Positions 1 to 7,531 of a stretch of 10,194 nt of DNA are shown one piece after another. The notes beneath the pieces are model-generated. The model had not been told where the DNA came from, did not search any database, and worked only from the letters and a program-made list of their open reading frames with translations. The stretch covers positions 1-10,194 of the forward strand of contig JBGPXN010000167.1 in NCBI GenBank assembly GCA_041492755.1, written 5' to 3'. Origin of the DNA: Candidatus Methylomirabilia bacterium. Lineage in GTDB: Bacteria; Methylomirabilota; Methylomirabilia; Rokubacteriales; CSP1-6. Both the position numbers and the translations under genes were made by a program. Numbering within the stretch: the stretch's first letter is position 1; the number at the start of each line of letters is the position of its first letter.

Positions 1-13
1 CGCATCGCGGATA

Positions 14-1447
14 TCAGACGCTCGCGCTCTTCCCGTCGCTTCCCGGCCGCTGCACGCCCCACGCGGAGACCTTGGCGAGCACGGTGTTGCGGTGGACGCC
101 GAGCAGGCGGGCGGCGCGGCTCATGTTCCACTGCACGCGCTCGAGGACGCGCAGCACGTACTGGCGCTCGAACTGATCGCACGCCTCGCGTAACGGCAGG
201 CCGGCGTCCTCGCTGAGCCCGGAGCCGGCGGCGGGGAGGCTGACGTCGAGCGGAACGTCGTGGAGCTGGATCACCGGCGCGGTGGCCAGCACCACCGCGC
301 GGTGGACGACGTTTTCCAGCTCGCGCACGTTGCCCGGCCAGTCGTAGCGCGTCAGCGCGTCCATCGCCCCCGGGGAGAGACCGCGGATGTCGCGATTGCA
401 CTCGCGCGCGATCTTGCGCACGAAGTGCTCGATCAGCGCGGGGATGTCGTCGCGCCGCCCGCGTAGCGCCGGCACGTGCACCCGGATGACGTTGAGCCGG
501 TAGTACAGATCTTCCCGGAAGGCGCGATCGCGCACGGCCTGGCGGAGATCGACGTTGGTGGCCGCCAGCACCCGGACGTCGACCGGAATCGTCCGGTGAC
601 CGCCCAGCCGCTCGATCTCGCTCTCCTGGAGCACGCGCAGGAGCTTGGCCTGGAGATCGAGACGCAGAGAGCCGATCTCGTCCAGAAAGACGGTGCCGCC
701 GTGAGCCAGCTCGAACCGCCCGAGTTTGCGGGCGAGCGCGCCGGTGAATGCGCCCTTCTCGTGTCCGAACAGCTCGGATTCCACCAGCGTGTCGGGGATA
801 GCAGCGACGTTGATGGCGACGAACGGCTGGGCACGGCGACCGCTACGCTGGTGGATCGCGCGCGCGACCAGCTCCTTGCCGGTACCACTCTCGCCCGTGA
901 TGAGGACCCGGGAGGACGTCTCGGCGATCTGAGTGATGAGCTGGTAGATCCGCACCATCTCCGGGTGGCGGCCGACCATACCCTCGAAGCCGGGGATGTT
1001 GCCGAAGCTGCTGGGCGCGAGCGCCGAGCGCAGCCGGAGCACTTCGCGCTCGAGCGCGCGCTTGTCGAGCGCGCGCTGGACCATCAACAGAATGTCGTCG
1101 ACGTCGAAGGGCTTGACGAGATAGTCCCAGGCGCCCAAACGCATCGCCTCCACCGCGGTTCTCAGATCACGAACGGCGGTCGCGATGACCACGATGATGG
1201 ACGGGTCCAGAGCCTTGATCTTCGGAAGGACGTCGATGCCGGGCTCGCCGGGCATGCGCTGGTCGAGCATGACGAGATCGACGTCGCGCTGGCGAAGCAC
1301 CTCGAGCGCGTGAGCGCCATCCTCCGCACCGAGCACGTCGCAGGACGTCCCGTCGAGGATCGCGCGCACCGAAGCGCGGACGCCTTCCTCGTCGTCCACG
1401 ACCAGGACGGTGCCCCGCGGCCGGACGTCGGCCGGCTCGGCGCTCAC
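14..1447 (-). CDS. Sigma-54-dependent response regulator, NtrC/AtoC family (receiver + AAA+ + Fis-type HTH), about 477 aa
   Basis: C-terminal part of the 1002-aa track ORF. Receiver motifs VLVVDDE, LDQRMPG, KPF; Walker A GESGTGKEL; ESELFGHEKGAFTGA; Walker B FLDEIG; FREDLYYRLNV; WPGNVRELEN; HTH AARLLGVHRNTV. The GTG start at 1447-1445 overlaps the upstream TGA (GTGA). Confidence 0.95.
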   Translation of the reverse strand: MSAEPADVRPRGTVLVVDDEEGVRASVRAILDGTSCDVLGAEDGAHALEVLRQRDVDLVMLDQRMPGEPGIDVLPKIKALDPSIIVVIATAVRDLRTAVEAMRLGAWDYLVKPFDVDDILLMVQRALDKRALEREVLRLRSALAPSSFGNIPGFEGMVGRHPEMVRIYQLITQIAETSSRVLITGESGTGKELVARAIHQRSGRRAQPFVAINVAAIPDTLVESELFGHEKGAFTGALARKLGRFELAHGGTVFLDEIGSLRLDLQAKLLRVLQESEIERLGGHRTIPVDVRVLAATNVDLRQAVRDRAFREDLYYRLNVIRVHVPALRGRRDDIPALIEHFVRKIARECNRDIRGLSPGAMDALTRYDWPGNVRELENVVHRAVVLATAPVIQLHDVPLDVSLPAAGSGLSEDAGLPLREACDQFERQYVLRVLERVQWNMSRAARLLGVHRNTVLAKVSAWGVQRPGSDGKSASV

Positions 1448-2862
1448 GGCGCGGGGCGCTCGAGGACCAGGTACTGGTTGCGTCCGCCGTCGGCGCGCCG
1501 CACGAACAGCGGCACCGCGTCGCCGGGCTTCAGCGTGCCGAGCTCGCGGTAAAACGTCTGCGGGTCGATGACCACCCGGCCGCGGAGGGCAAGAATCACG
1601 TCGCCTTGCTGCAGACCGGCCTTGGCCGCGGGGCTGCCCGGCGCCACTTCCGTGACGATCACGCCGTGGGGCACGGTGAGCCCGAGGCGCCGCCGGAGGT
1701 CGTCGGTGAGCGATTCGACCTCGATGCCCCAGACCTCGTCGTCGGGGGCCAGCGCGGTGACGGGCTCGCCCGGCATCTCGCCAAGCGTGACCGTCGCCGG
1801 GATCTTCGCACCGTCCCGCACGATCACGAGCTTGACGGTCTCTCCGGGCGCGACCGCCGCGGCCAGCCGCTGCAGCTCCGGCACCTCGCGCACGCGCGCG
1901 CCGCCGAACTCGACGATGACGTCGCCCACGCGCAGGCCGCCACCGTCGGCCGGACCGTTGCGCATGACGTCGGCGACGAGCACCCCGTCGCGCTCGGCCA
2001 CCCCGAACGAGCGCGACAGCTCCTCGTTGACGTCCTGGATCACAATCCCGAGCCAGCCACGCACCACGCGCCCGCGCGCGATCAGCTGGCGCATGATCTC
2101 CTTGGCCATGTTGATCGGAATCGAAAACCCGATCCCCTGGCCCGCCGAGACGATGGCGGTGTTCACCCCCACCACGCGGCCGTCGAGATTCAGCAACGGG
2201 CCCCCGGAGTTGCCGGGATTGATCGAGGCGTCGGTCTGGATGAAGTTCTCGTACGTGGCCACCCCCACCCGCGTGCGCGCGGTGGCGGACACGATGCCAA
2301 GGGTCACGGTGCGATCGAGACCAAACGGGTGGCCGATCGCGATGGCCCACTGGCCGACCCGGAGCGCATCGGAGTCGCCGAGCTCGGCGGCGGGCAGCGG
2401 CCCCGGCGCGTCGACCTTGAGCACGGCGAGATCGGTCTTGGGATCGCTCCCGATCAGGCGGGCCGTGAACTTCCGGGCGTCCGAGAGTCGCACCGTGATC
2501 TCGTGAGCGTTCTCGATAACGTGGTTGTTCGTCAAGATGTATCCGTTCGGATCCACGATCACGCCGGATCCGCTCGCCCGCACTTCCTCCCGCCGTCGCC
2601 GGAAATACCGCTCGTACAGGTCGTCGCCGAAGAACTCGCGGAACTTTTGGGGATCCTCGGTCGGCGGCGGGCTCGTCGCTCGGCGGGGCGTCGTGCTCAC
2701 GTTGACGACGGCGGGGGTCGCGCGATCGACGGCGGCGGCGAAGGCCTCTTCGAGCGCGCGCAGGATCGCGCGCGCCGTGACGGGCGCGGTGGTGGTGTCG
2801 GACTGAGCCCATGCGGGCACCGCGACGAGCAGCAGCAACCCCAGCGCCGCAGCGGTTCTCAT
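1444..2862 (-). CDS. htrA: HtrA/DegP/DegQ-family periplasmic serine protease with two PDZ domains
   Basis: Signal peptide MRTAAALGLLLLVAVPAWA; GSGVIV; catalytic His (TNNHV), Asp (KTDLAV) and Ser (INPGNSGGPL); PDZ repeats GWLGIVIQ...GLRVGDVIV and WGIEVE...GLQQGDVIL. Confidence 0.96.
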   Translation of the reverse strand: MRTAAALGLLLLVAVPAWAQSDTTTAPVTARAILRALEEAFAAAVDRATPAVVNVSTTPRRATSPPPTEDPQKFREFFGDDLYERYFRRRREEVRASGSGVIVDPNGYILTNNHVIENAHEITVRLSDARKFTARLIGSDPKTDLAVLKVDAPGPLPAAELGDSDALRVGQWAIAIGHPFGLDRTVTLGIVSATARTRVGVATYENFIQTDASINPGNSGGPLLNLDGRVVGVNTAIVSAGQGIGFSIPINMAKEIMRQLIARGRVVRGWLGIVIQDVNEELSRSFGVAERDGVLVADVMRNGPADGGGLRVGDVIVEFGGARVREVPELQRLAAAVAPGETVKLVIVRDGAKIPATVTLGEMPGEPVTALAPDDEVWGIEVESLTDDLRRRLGLTVPHGVIVTEVAPGSPAAKAGLQQGDVILALRGRVVIDPQTFYRELGTLKPGDAVPLFVRRADGGRNQYLVLERPAP

Positions 2863-2874
2863 GAGTGCTCGCCG

Positions 2875-2880
2875 ATTCTA
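2875..2880 (-). promoter_or_regulatory. Possible sigma-70 -10 hexamer TAGAAT overlapping the tilS stop, 12 nt upstream of the htrA ATG
   Basis: Minus strand reads ctcgTAGAATcggcgagcactcATG. It is a 5/6 match to TATAAT, with no strong -35 and no clear SD for htrA. Confidence 0.3.
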
Positions 2881-4254
2881 CGAGAGGTCGTCGCGCTTCG
2901 CTAGCGATTCCAGCGTGAATTCCAGGACAGACCGCGTGCGGCCGCTGACCGGCGCCGCGGCGCCCCGGCGCACCCCACCGAGCCAGAGGATGACGCCACC
3001 CGCCTCGACGATGGGCAGGCACTCCCGGTGCCAGCGCGGGATCTTCGCGTCGATCAGGAAGGATTTCAGTCGCCGCTCACCCGGTCCGCCGAAGGGAACG
3101 AAGCGGTCGCCGCGCCGACGGCCGCGCACGACGAGCGGGCCCGTGACGGCGTCGGCATCGAACGCCGCGCGCCAGGGTTCGCGCGGCACGGCATAGCCGG
3201 CCGCGTCCACGACTCGCGCCGTCAATACGTGTCCGGACTCCGGGAGCGCGACGACGCCCGGCACGGACACGGAGCGCGGCGGCAGGGCCGGGCCGGCGGG
3301 CGCGCCGAGACGCACGAGCCCGACGCTGACCTCGACCGTCACGCCGCCGAGCCGCCACCCGCGCCGCGGTGGCGGCTCGGCCAGCACTCGACGCAGACCG
3401 CGGTGCGCCCAGGCGCGAAGCGGCGCCCGCGCCCCGAGCCGCGCCGCCGCGAGGCCCAGCACTTCGGCGCCGACGGGCAGCGGCAGCGCGCGCAGCGCGC
3501 CGATCGGCAAGACGATGGCCAGGGGTTCGAGACGCGCGAGCCGCTCCAGCTCGGTGGCGGCCACGCGATCCAGTGCGTCCACCGCCTCGCGCGCGACGCG
3601 GGCCATGCCTGCGAGCCGCTCCACGACGTCCCCGTCGACGGCGGCGGCGAGCAGCGGCATGACCTCATGGCGAACCCGGTTGCGGAAGAACTTCGGATCG
3701 AGATTCGTGGGATCGTCCACCCAGGGCAGACCGGCGCGGATCAGCTCGGCCCGCAGCGCGCTCCGGCGCAGGCCGAGCAGCGGGCGGATGATCCGTCCGC
3801 GCACGGCCGGGATGCCGGCAAGCCCGCGCACACCCGTGCCGTCAAGCACGCGCATGAGCACCGTCTCCGCCTGGTCATCCGCGGTGTGGCCAAGCGCGAT
3901 CCGCGTCGCGCCGAGCCGGCGGGCGGCCGCTTCCAGCGCCGCGTACCGAACGTCGCGCGCGCGCGCTTCGAGCGAGTCGCCGGCCGGGACGGTCACCGTC
4001 GCCACCTCCACCGGCACGCCAAGACGCGCCGCCAGCGCGCACACGAACTCCGCGTCGTGGGCGGAGTCGGGGCGCAGGCGATGATCGACGTGCAGCGCCT
4101 GGAGGCCAACCCCGTACTCGGGCGCGAGCGTGTGCAGGAGGTGGAGGAGCGCGACGGAGTCGGAGCCGCCGGAAACGGCCACCAGGACGACGTCGCCGCC
4201 CGCGAGCATCGCGTGGCGGCGAATGGACGCGCGGACGGCGTCGAGAACGGTTAT
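2878..4254 (-). CDS. tilS: tRNA(Ile)-lysidine synthetase (start uncertain: ATA at 4254 or ATG at 4209)
   Basis: PP-loop VAVSGGSDS, HVDHRLR, EARARDVRY, LGHTADDQAETVLMR, IRPLL, DDPTN, RNRVRHEVMPLL, and C-terminal TilS_C domain (RRRGDRF...RLKSFLIDAKIPRWHR...ILWLGG). The track start at 4464 lies inside moaE and is unlikely. Confidence 0.95.
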   Translation of the reverse strand: MTVLDAVRASIRRHAMLAGGDVVLVAVSGGSDSVALLHLLHTLAPEYGVGLQALHVDHRLRPDSAHDAEFVCALAARLGVPVEVATVTVPAGDSLEARARDVRYAALEAAARRLGATRIALGHTADDQAETVLMRVLDGTGVRGLAGIPAVRGRIIRPLLGLRRSALRAELIRAGLPWVDDPTNLDPKFFRNRVRHEVMPLLAAAVDGDVVERLAGMARVAREAVDALDRVAATELERLARLEPLAIVLPIGALRALPLPVGAEVLGLAAARLGARAPLRAWAHRGLRRVLAEPPPRRGWRLGGVTVEVSVGLVRLGAPAGPALPPRSVSVPGVVALPESGHVLTARVVDAAGYAVPREPWRAAFDADAVTGPLVVRGRRRGDRFVPFGGPGERRLKSFLIDAKIPRWHRECLPIVEAGGVILWLGGVRRGAAAPVSGRTRSVLEFTLESLAKRDDLS

Positions 4255-4952
4255 CCGCCCTGCAGCCCGACCCACACCTCGCCGTCCTCGAAGTGCTCCT
4301 TCTTCCACACGGGCACCGTGCGCTTGAGCGTATCGATCGCGTACTGGCAGGCGGCGAACGCCTCGCCGCGGTGCGCGGCCGACACCGCGATGAGCACACT
4401 CGACTCGCCGATCTCCAACCGGCCGACCCGGTGCAGCATCGCGACACGGCGGATGCCGGGCCACCGCCCGCGCACCGTCTCGCCGATCTCGCGGAGCTTC
4501 GCCTCGGCCATCGGCGCGTGGGCCTCGTACTCGAGGAACTTCACCGGGCGGCCGCCGGTCTCGTTCCGGACAACGCCGGAGAAGATGACGATCCCACCGG
4601 CGCCGGGGTCGTCGACCTCGGCCGCGATGGCGTCGGGCGAGAGCGGCGTGTCCACGACCCGGAAGACGTCGGACGGGCGGTCGTGGGAGCCGCTCACCGC
4701 GTCATCAGCCCCGCCGCTCACAGGCGGAAACAGGCAGACTTCGTCGTCGGCGCGCAGGCGATGGTCGGCCGAGACGTAGTCGTGGCCGACGGCAAAGAGC
4801 GTGTGGGGACGGTAAGGCTGAAGGACCGGATGACGATCGACGACGGCCGACCACGCCTGCTCGACCGTGCCTCCTTCGGGCAGGTCGAGCTCGAGCCACT
4901 CTCGCCCGGTGGCTTCTCGATACCGGGCGAAGAGACGGACCCGGACGCGCAC
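4251..4952 (-). CDS. moaD-moaE: Molybdopterin synthase MoaD-MoaE fusion (MoaX-like)
   Basis: N-terminal beta-grasp domain MRVRVRLFARYRE...DEVCLFPPVSGG, a short linker, then MoaE motifs GAGGIVIFSGVVR, LEYEAHAPMAE, HRVGRLEIGE, AVSAAHRGEAF, IDTLKRTVPVWKKE. Confidence 0.95.
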   Translation of the reverse strand: MRVRVRLFARYREATGREWLELDLPEGGTVEQAWSAVVDRHPVLQPYRPHTLFAVGHDYVSADHRLRADDEVCLFPPVSGGADDAVSGSHDRPSDVFRVVDTPLSPDAIAAEVDDPGAGGIVIFSGVVRNETGGRPVKFLEYEAHAPMAEAKLREIGETVRGRWPGIRRVAMLHRVGRLEIGESSVLIAVSAAHRGEAFAACQYAIDTLKRTVPVWKKEHFEDGEVWVGLQGG

Positions 4953-4965
4953 GGCGGATGAAGCG

Positions 4966-5292
4966 CTAGAAGCGGTGGGACTGACCGCAGCCGCAGCTGG
5001 ACTTGACGTTCGGGTTCTTGATCGCGAAGCCGGCGCCCATCATGTTGTTGTCGACGAAGTCGATCTCGCTGCCGGCCAGGTACTGGGCGCTCATCTTGTC
5101 GATGTAGACCCTGATGCCCTTGTCCTCGATGACGTCGTCCTGCGCCTCCGGCTGGTCCTCCCAGCCGAGCTCGTAGGACATGCCGGAGCAGCCACCGCCC
5201 ACGACCTTGATGCGAAGACCCCACTCGGGCTTCCCTTCCTCGAGGCGCAACTCCGACACTTTCTTCGCGGCCGTGTCCGTCAACGTCACCAT
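4966..5292 (-). CDS. iscA: A-type Fe-S cluster carrier (HesB/IscA/ErpA family)
   Basis: LRIKVVGGGCSGMSY and C-terminal NPNVKSSCGCGQS supply the three conserved Cys. SD GAAGGGGAG lies 8 nt before the ATG. Confidence 0.95.
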   Translation of the reverse strand: MVTLTDTAAKKVSELRLEEGKPEWGLRIKVVGGGCSGMSYELGWEDQPEAQDDVIEDKGIRVYIDKMSAQYLAGSEIDFVDNNMMGAGFAIKNPNVKSSCGCGQSHRF

Positions 5293-5307
5293 GGATGGCG
5301 CTCCCCT

Positions 5308-5336
5308 TCAGACTCTGATTTGATCAAATGGTATCA
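5308..5336 (-). promoter_or_regulatory. Putative internal extended -10 promoter (TG-A-TACCAT) with palindromic operator-like sites upstream of iscA
   Basis: Minus strand TGATACCATTTGATCAAATCAGAGTCTGA. Contains a perfect 12-bp palindrome ATTTGATCAAAT (5318-5329) and inverted repeat TCAGA-C-TCTGA (5308-5318). It is an AT-rich island in GC-rich DNA. Confidence 0.45.
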
Positions 5337-6065
5337 CAGGATTCCGCCCGCGGGCAGGAGGGTCAGCTCCTCCAGCGCCGCCCGTGGCGGCAGCGTCAAC
5401 ATGAGGATGGCGGCGCGGGCAACGTCCTCTGGACGCAGCATTTTGGCGCGGTCGGGGCCGCCACCGACGGCGTCCCAGAGCGGGGTGTCCACCGCCCCCG
5501 GCGACAGCACGCCGACCCGCACGCCCTCCCCGCGCACCTCCTCGGCCAGCACCCGGCTGAAGCCGAGCACGCCCGCCTTGGTGGCCGTGTAGGCCGCGCC
5601 GCCGGGGATGGTTCGGGTGGCGGCCACCGAGCCGATGTTGATGATCGTGCCCCGCCGCTGGCGCAGCATCGGCCCCAGGGCGGTGCGGCAGCACACCATC
5701 ACCGCGCGCAGGTTGACGGCCAGCATGGCGTCCCAGTCCCCGGGCTTGGTGTTGGCGACCGGGCCGAAGCTCGCGACGCCGGCGGCCGTGATCAGGATGT
5801 CCAGCGTGCCGAGCTCGGCGACGGTCTGGTCGACCAGCGCCTCGACCGCGGCGTCCTGCGTGACGTCGGTGGGGATGGCGAGAGCCCGGCTCCCCACACC
5901 GCGGATCTCCCCGGCCACCTCGCCGAGTTCCGAGCGCGTACGGGCCGCGAGGGCAACGGCGGCGCCCTCCCCCGCCAGCGCGAGCGCGATGGCGCGACCG
6001 ATGCCACGCCCGGCGCCGGTGACGAGCGCGACCTGTCCGGCGAGCGCGGGCCCAACCGGCGTCAT
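5334..6065 (-). CDS. Classical SDR oxidoreductase, probable bacterial sepiapterin reductase-like enzyme
   Basis: TGAGRGIG, ARTR (NADP(H) preference), catalytic S (GSVAA) and YTATK. The C-terminus PGAVDTPLWDAV...MLRPEDVA...EELTLLPAGG resembles my recollection of Chlorobium tepidum sepiapterin reductase. Adjacent to folE and PTPS genes. Confidence 0.9.
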   Translation of the reverse strand: MTPVGPALAGQVALVTGAGRGIGRAIALALAGEGAAVALAARTRSELGEVAGEIRGVGSRALAIPTDVTQDAAVEALVDQTVAELGTLDILITAAGVASFGPVANTKPGDWDAMLAVNLRAVMVCCRTALGPMLRQRRGTIINIGSVAATRTIPGGAAYTATKAGVLGFSRVLAEEVRGEGVRVGVLSPGAVDTPLWDAVGGGPDRAKMLRPEDVARAAILMLTLPPRAALEELTLLPAGGIL

Positions 6066-6090
6066 CGCCGTGATCCCCAGCGTGCCGGCG

Positions 6091-6657
6091 TCATAGCTGC
6101 AACCCCCGCCCGGACGACTTGATCAGTTCCATGAACTCCGCGCGCGTCTCCGGCCGATCCCGGAACCCGCCGAGCATCGCCGACGTCACCGCCTTGCAGT
6201 TCTGCTTCTCGACGCCGCGCATGAGCATGCAGAGATGGATGCCTTCCAACACGACCGCCACCCCCCGTGGCTGCAGCACCTCGTCGAGCGTGTTCGCGAT
6301 CTGCTTCGTCAGCCGCTCCTGCACCTGCAGCCGCCGACTGTACATTTCCACCACCCGAGGAATCTTGGAGAGCCCGATGATCCTCTTGCGCGGCATGTAG
6401 GCCACGTGCGCTTTGCCAAAGAAGGGGATGAGGTGGTGCTCACACAATGAAAAGAAGTCGATGTCCTTCACGACGACCATCTCGTCGTATTCCTCGACGA
6501 AGAGCGCGCCGTTCAGAAGCTCGTGCACATCGACGTTGTAGCCCGACGTGAGATAGCGCAGCGCCTTCTCGACGCGCTCGGGCGTGCGCCCCAGGCCTTC
6601 CCGCTGCGCGTCTTCCCCGAGCTCCTTGAGCAATTGCTTGATGAGATCTGCGATCAC
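6091..6657 (-). CDS. folE: GTP cyclohydrolase I (type IA), 188 aa
   Basis: [50 protein letters not shown]. The GTG start at 6657 overlaps the upstream TGA, with SD GGGGAG. The track extension to 6963 overlaps the PTPS gene. Confidence 0.97.
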   Translation of the reverse strand: MIADLIKQLLKELGEDAQREGLGRTPERVEKALRYLTSGYNVDVHELLNGALFVEEYDEMVVVKDIDFFSLCEHHLIPFFGKAHVAYMPRKRIIGLSKIPRVVEMYSRRLQVQERLTKQIANTLDEVLQPRGVAVVLEGIHLCMLMRGVEKQNCKAVTSAMLGGFRDRPETRAEFMELIKSSGRGLQL

Positions 6658-7118
6658 GCCGATTCTCCCCAGTACTCGAATCGATTCTTGGCGGTTTCGA
6701 CCACGGTGACGCGCGCCAGGAGGCGCGGCGGCAGGGCGGCGGTGAGGAGCGGCCAGAACGCGTGGGCGAGTCCCTCGCCGGTGCTGATGACGCCGGCCAG
6801 CCGCGGCACCGTCTCCAGCGTGTGATGGTCCACGTGGTCGAGGATCTCGCGCTGCACGATCCGATCGAGCTCGCCGAGATCGAACAGCATCCCCGTGATC
6901 GGGTCCGGCGCGCCGCGCAGCGTGACCTCGAGATAGTAGTTGTGGCCGTGCGCGCGATGACACTGCCCGTACAGTAGCGCGTTCGCGTCCGGCGACAACG
7001 ACGGGTTCTCCAGCCGGTGGCCCGCGCTGAAGTGGTAGACGCGCGTCATGTCCATCACGGGGCGGGGCTCGGCCGTCACCCCACCGATGCCGCGCAGCAA
7101 CGGCGCCGTGGTGCTCAC
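6654..7118 (-). CDS. 6-pyruvoyl-tetrahydropterin synthase / 6-carboxytetrahydropterin synthase (PTPS/QueD fold), copy b, Cys-containing
   Basis: [50 protein letters not shown]. The GTG start at 7118 overlaps the upstream TGA; ATGs at 7055 and 7049 are alternatives. Confidence 0.92.
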   Translation of the reverse strand: MSTTAPLLRGIGGVTAEPRPVMDMTRVYHFSAGHRLENPSLSPDANALLYGQCHRAHGHNYYLEVTLRGAPDPITGMLFDLGELDRIVQREILDHVDHHTLETVPRLAGVISTGEGLAHAFWPLLTAALPPRLLARVTVVETAKNRFEYWGESA

Positions 7119-7531
7119 GCGCCCCCCTCGCCGGTGTAGTCGACGTACAGGGTCGGATCCTCCCACACCCGGACCCGGGCCAGTCGCTCGGCGCCCAGCT
7201 TCGGGGCGAGGATTTCCCAGATCACGAGCGCGATGTGTTCCGTGGTCGGCACGCGCCCGCGGAACGCCACATCGGCGTTCAGATCGGCGTGATCGAAGCG
7301 ATCCACCACGACCTCGGTGACGATGCGCTTGAGCTCCGCGAGGTCGATCACCATGCCGGTGCGCGGATCGATCGGTCCTCGCACGCTCACGTCCACCGTG
7401 TAGTTGTGCCCGTGCGGAACGGTGAGCCGGCCGAACACGCGCTCGTTCTCGTCCGCCGGCCAGGCGTCCACCCAGTAGCGATGGCCGGCCGAAAACGCGA
7501 ACCGCCGGGTGCTGAGGGCGACGGCCGTCAC
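7115..7531 (-). CDS. PTPS/QueD-fold protein, copy a, lacking the active-site Cys
   Basis: [62 protein letters not shown] start overlaps the glycosyltransferase TGA. Confidence 0.93.
   Translation of the reverse strand: MTAVALSTRRFAFSAGHRYWVDAWPADENERVFGRLTVPHGHNYTVDVSVRGPIDPRTGMVIDLAELKRIVTEVVVDRFDHADLNADVAFRGRVPTTEHIALVIWEILAPKLGAERLARVRVWEDPTLYVDYTGEGGA

Noticed and set aside
1448..3022. 1002-aa ORF suggesting a giant N-terminally extended response regulator
   Set aside because: The N-terminal ~525 aa are an Arg/Gly-rich off-frame reading of htrA and the tilS end. The receiver domain begins right after the GTG at 1447.
7424..7426. Selenocysteine or recoding at the missing Cys of PTPS-a
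   Set aside because: The codon is CTC (Leu), not TGA.
6091..7531. Queuosine/preQ0 or 7-deazaguanine DNA-modification (dpd) cluster
   Set aside because: No queC, queE, queF, tgt or dpdA in the window, and the neighbours are an SDR and a GT4. QueD activity of copy b cannot be fully excluded because it has CX3HGH.
6654..7531. PTPS-III folate bypass of FolB
   Set aside because: Neither copy has the Glu of the EX2HGH signature (LTVPHGH, CHRAHGH), and folK/folP are not adjacent.
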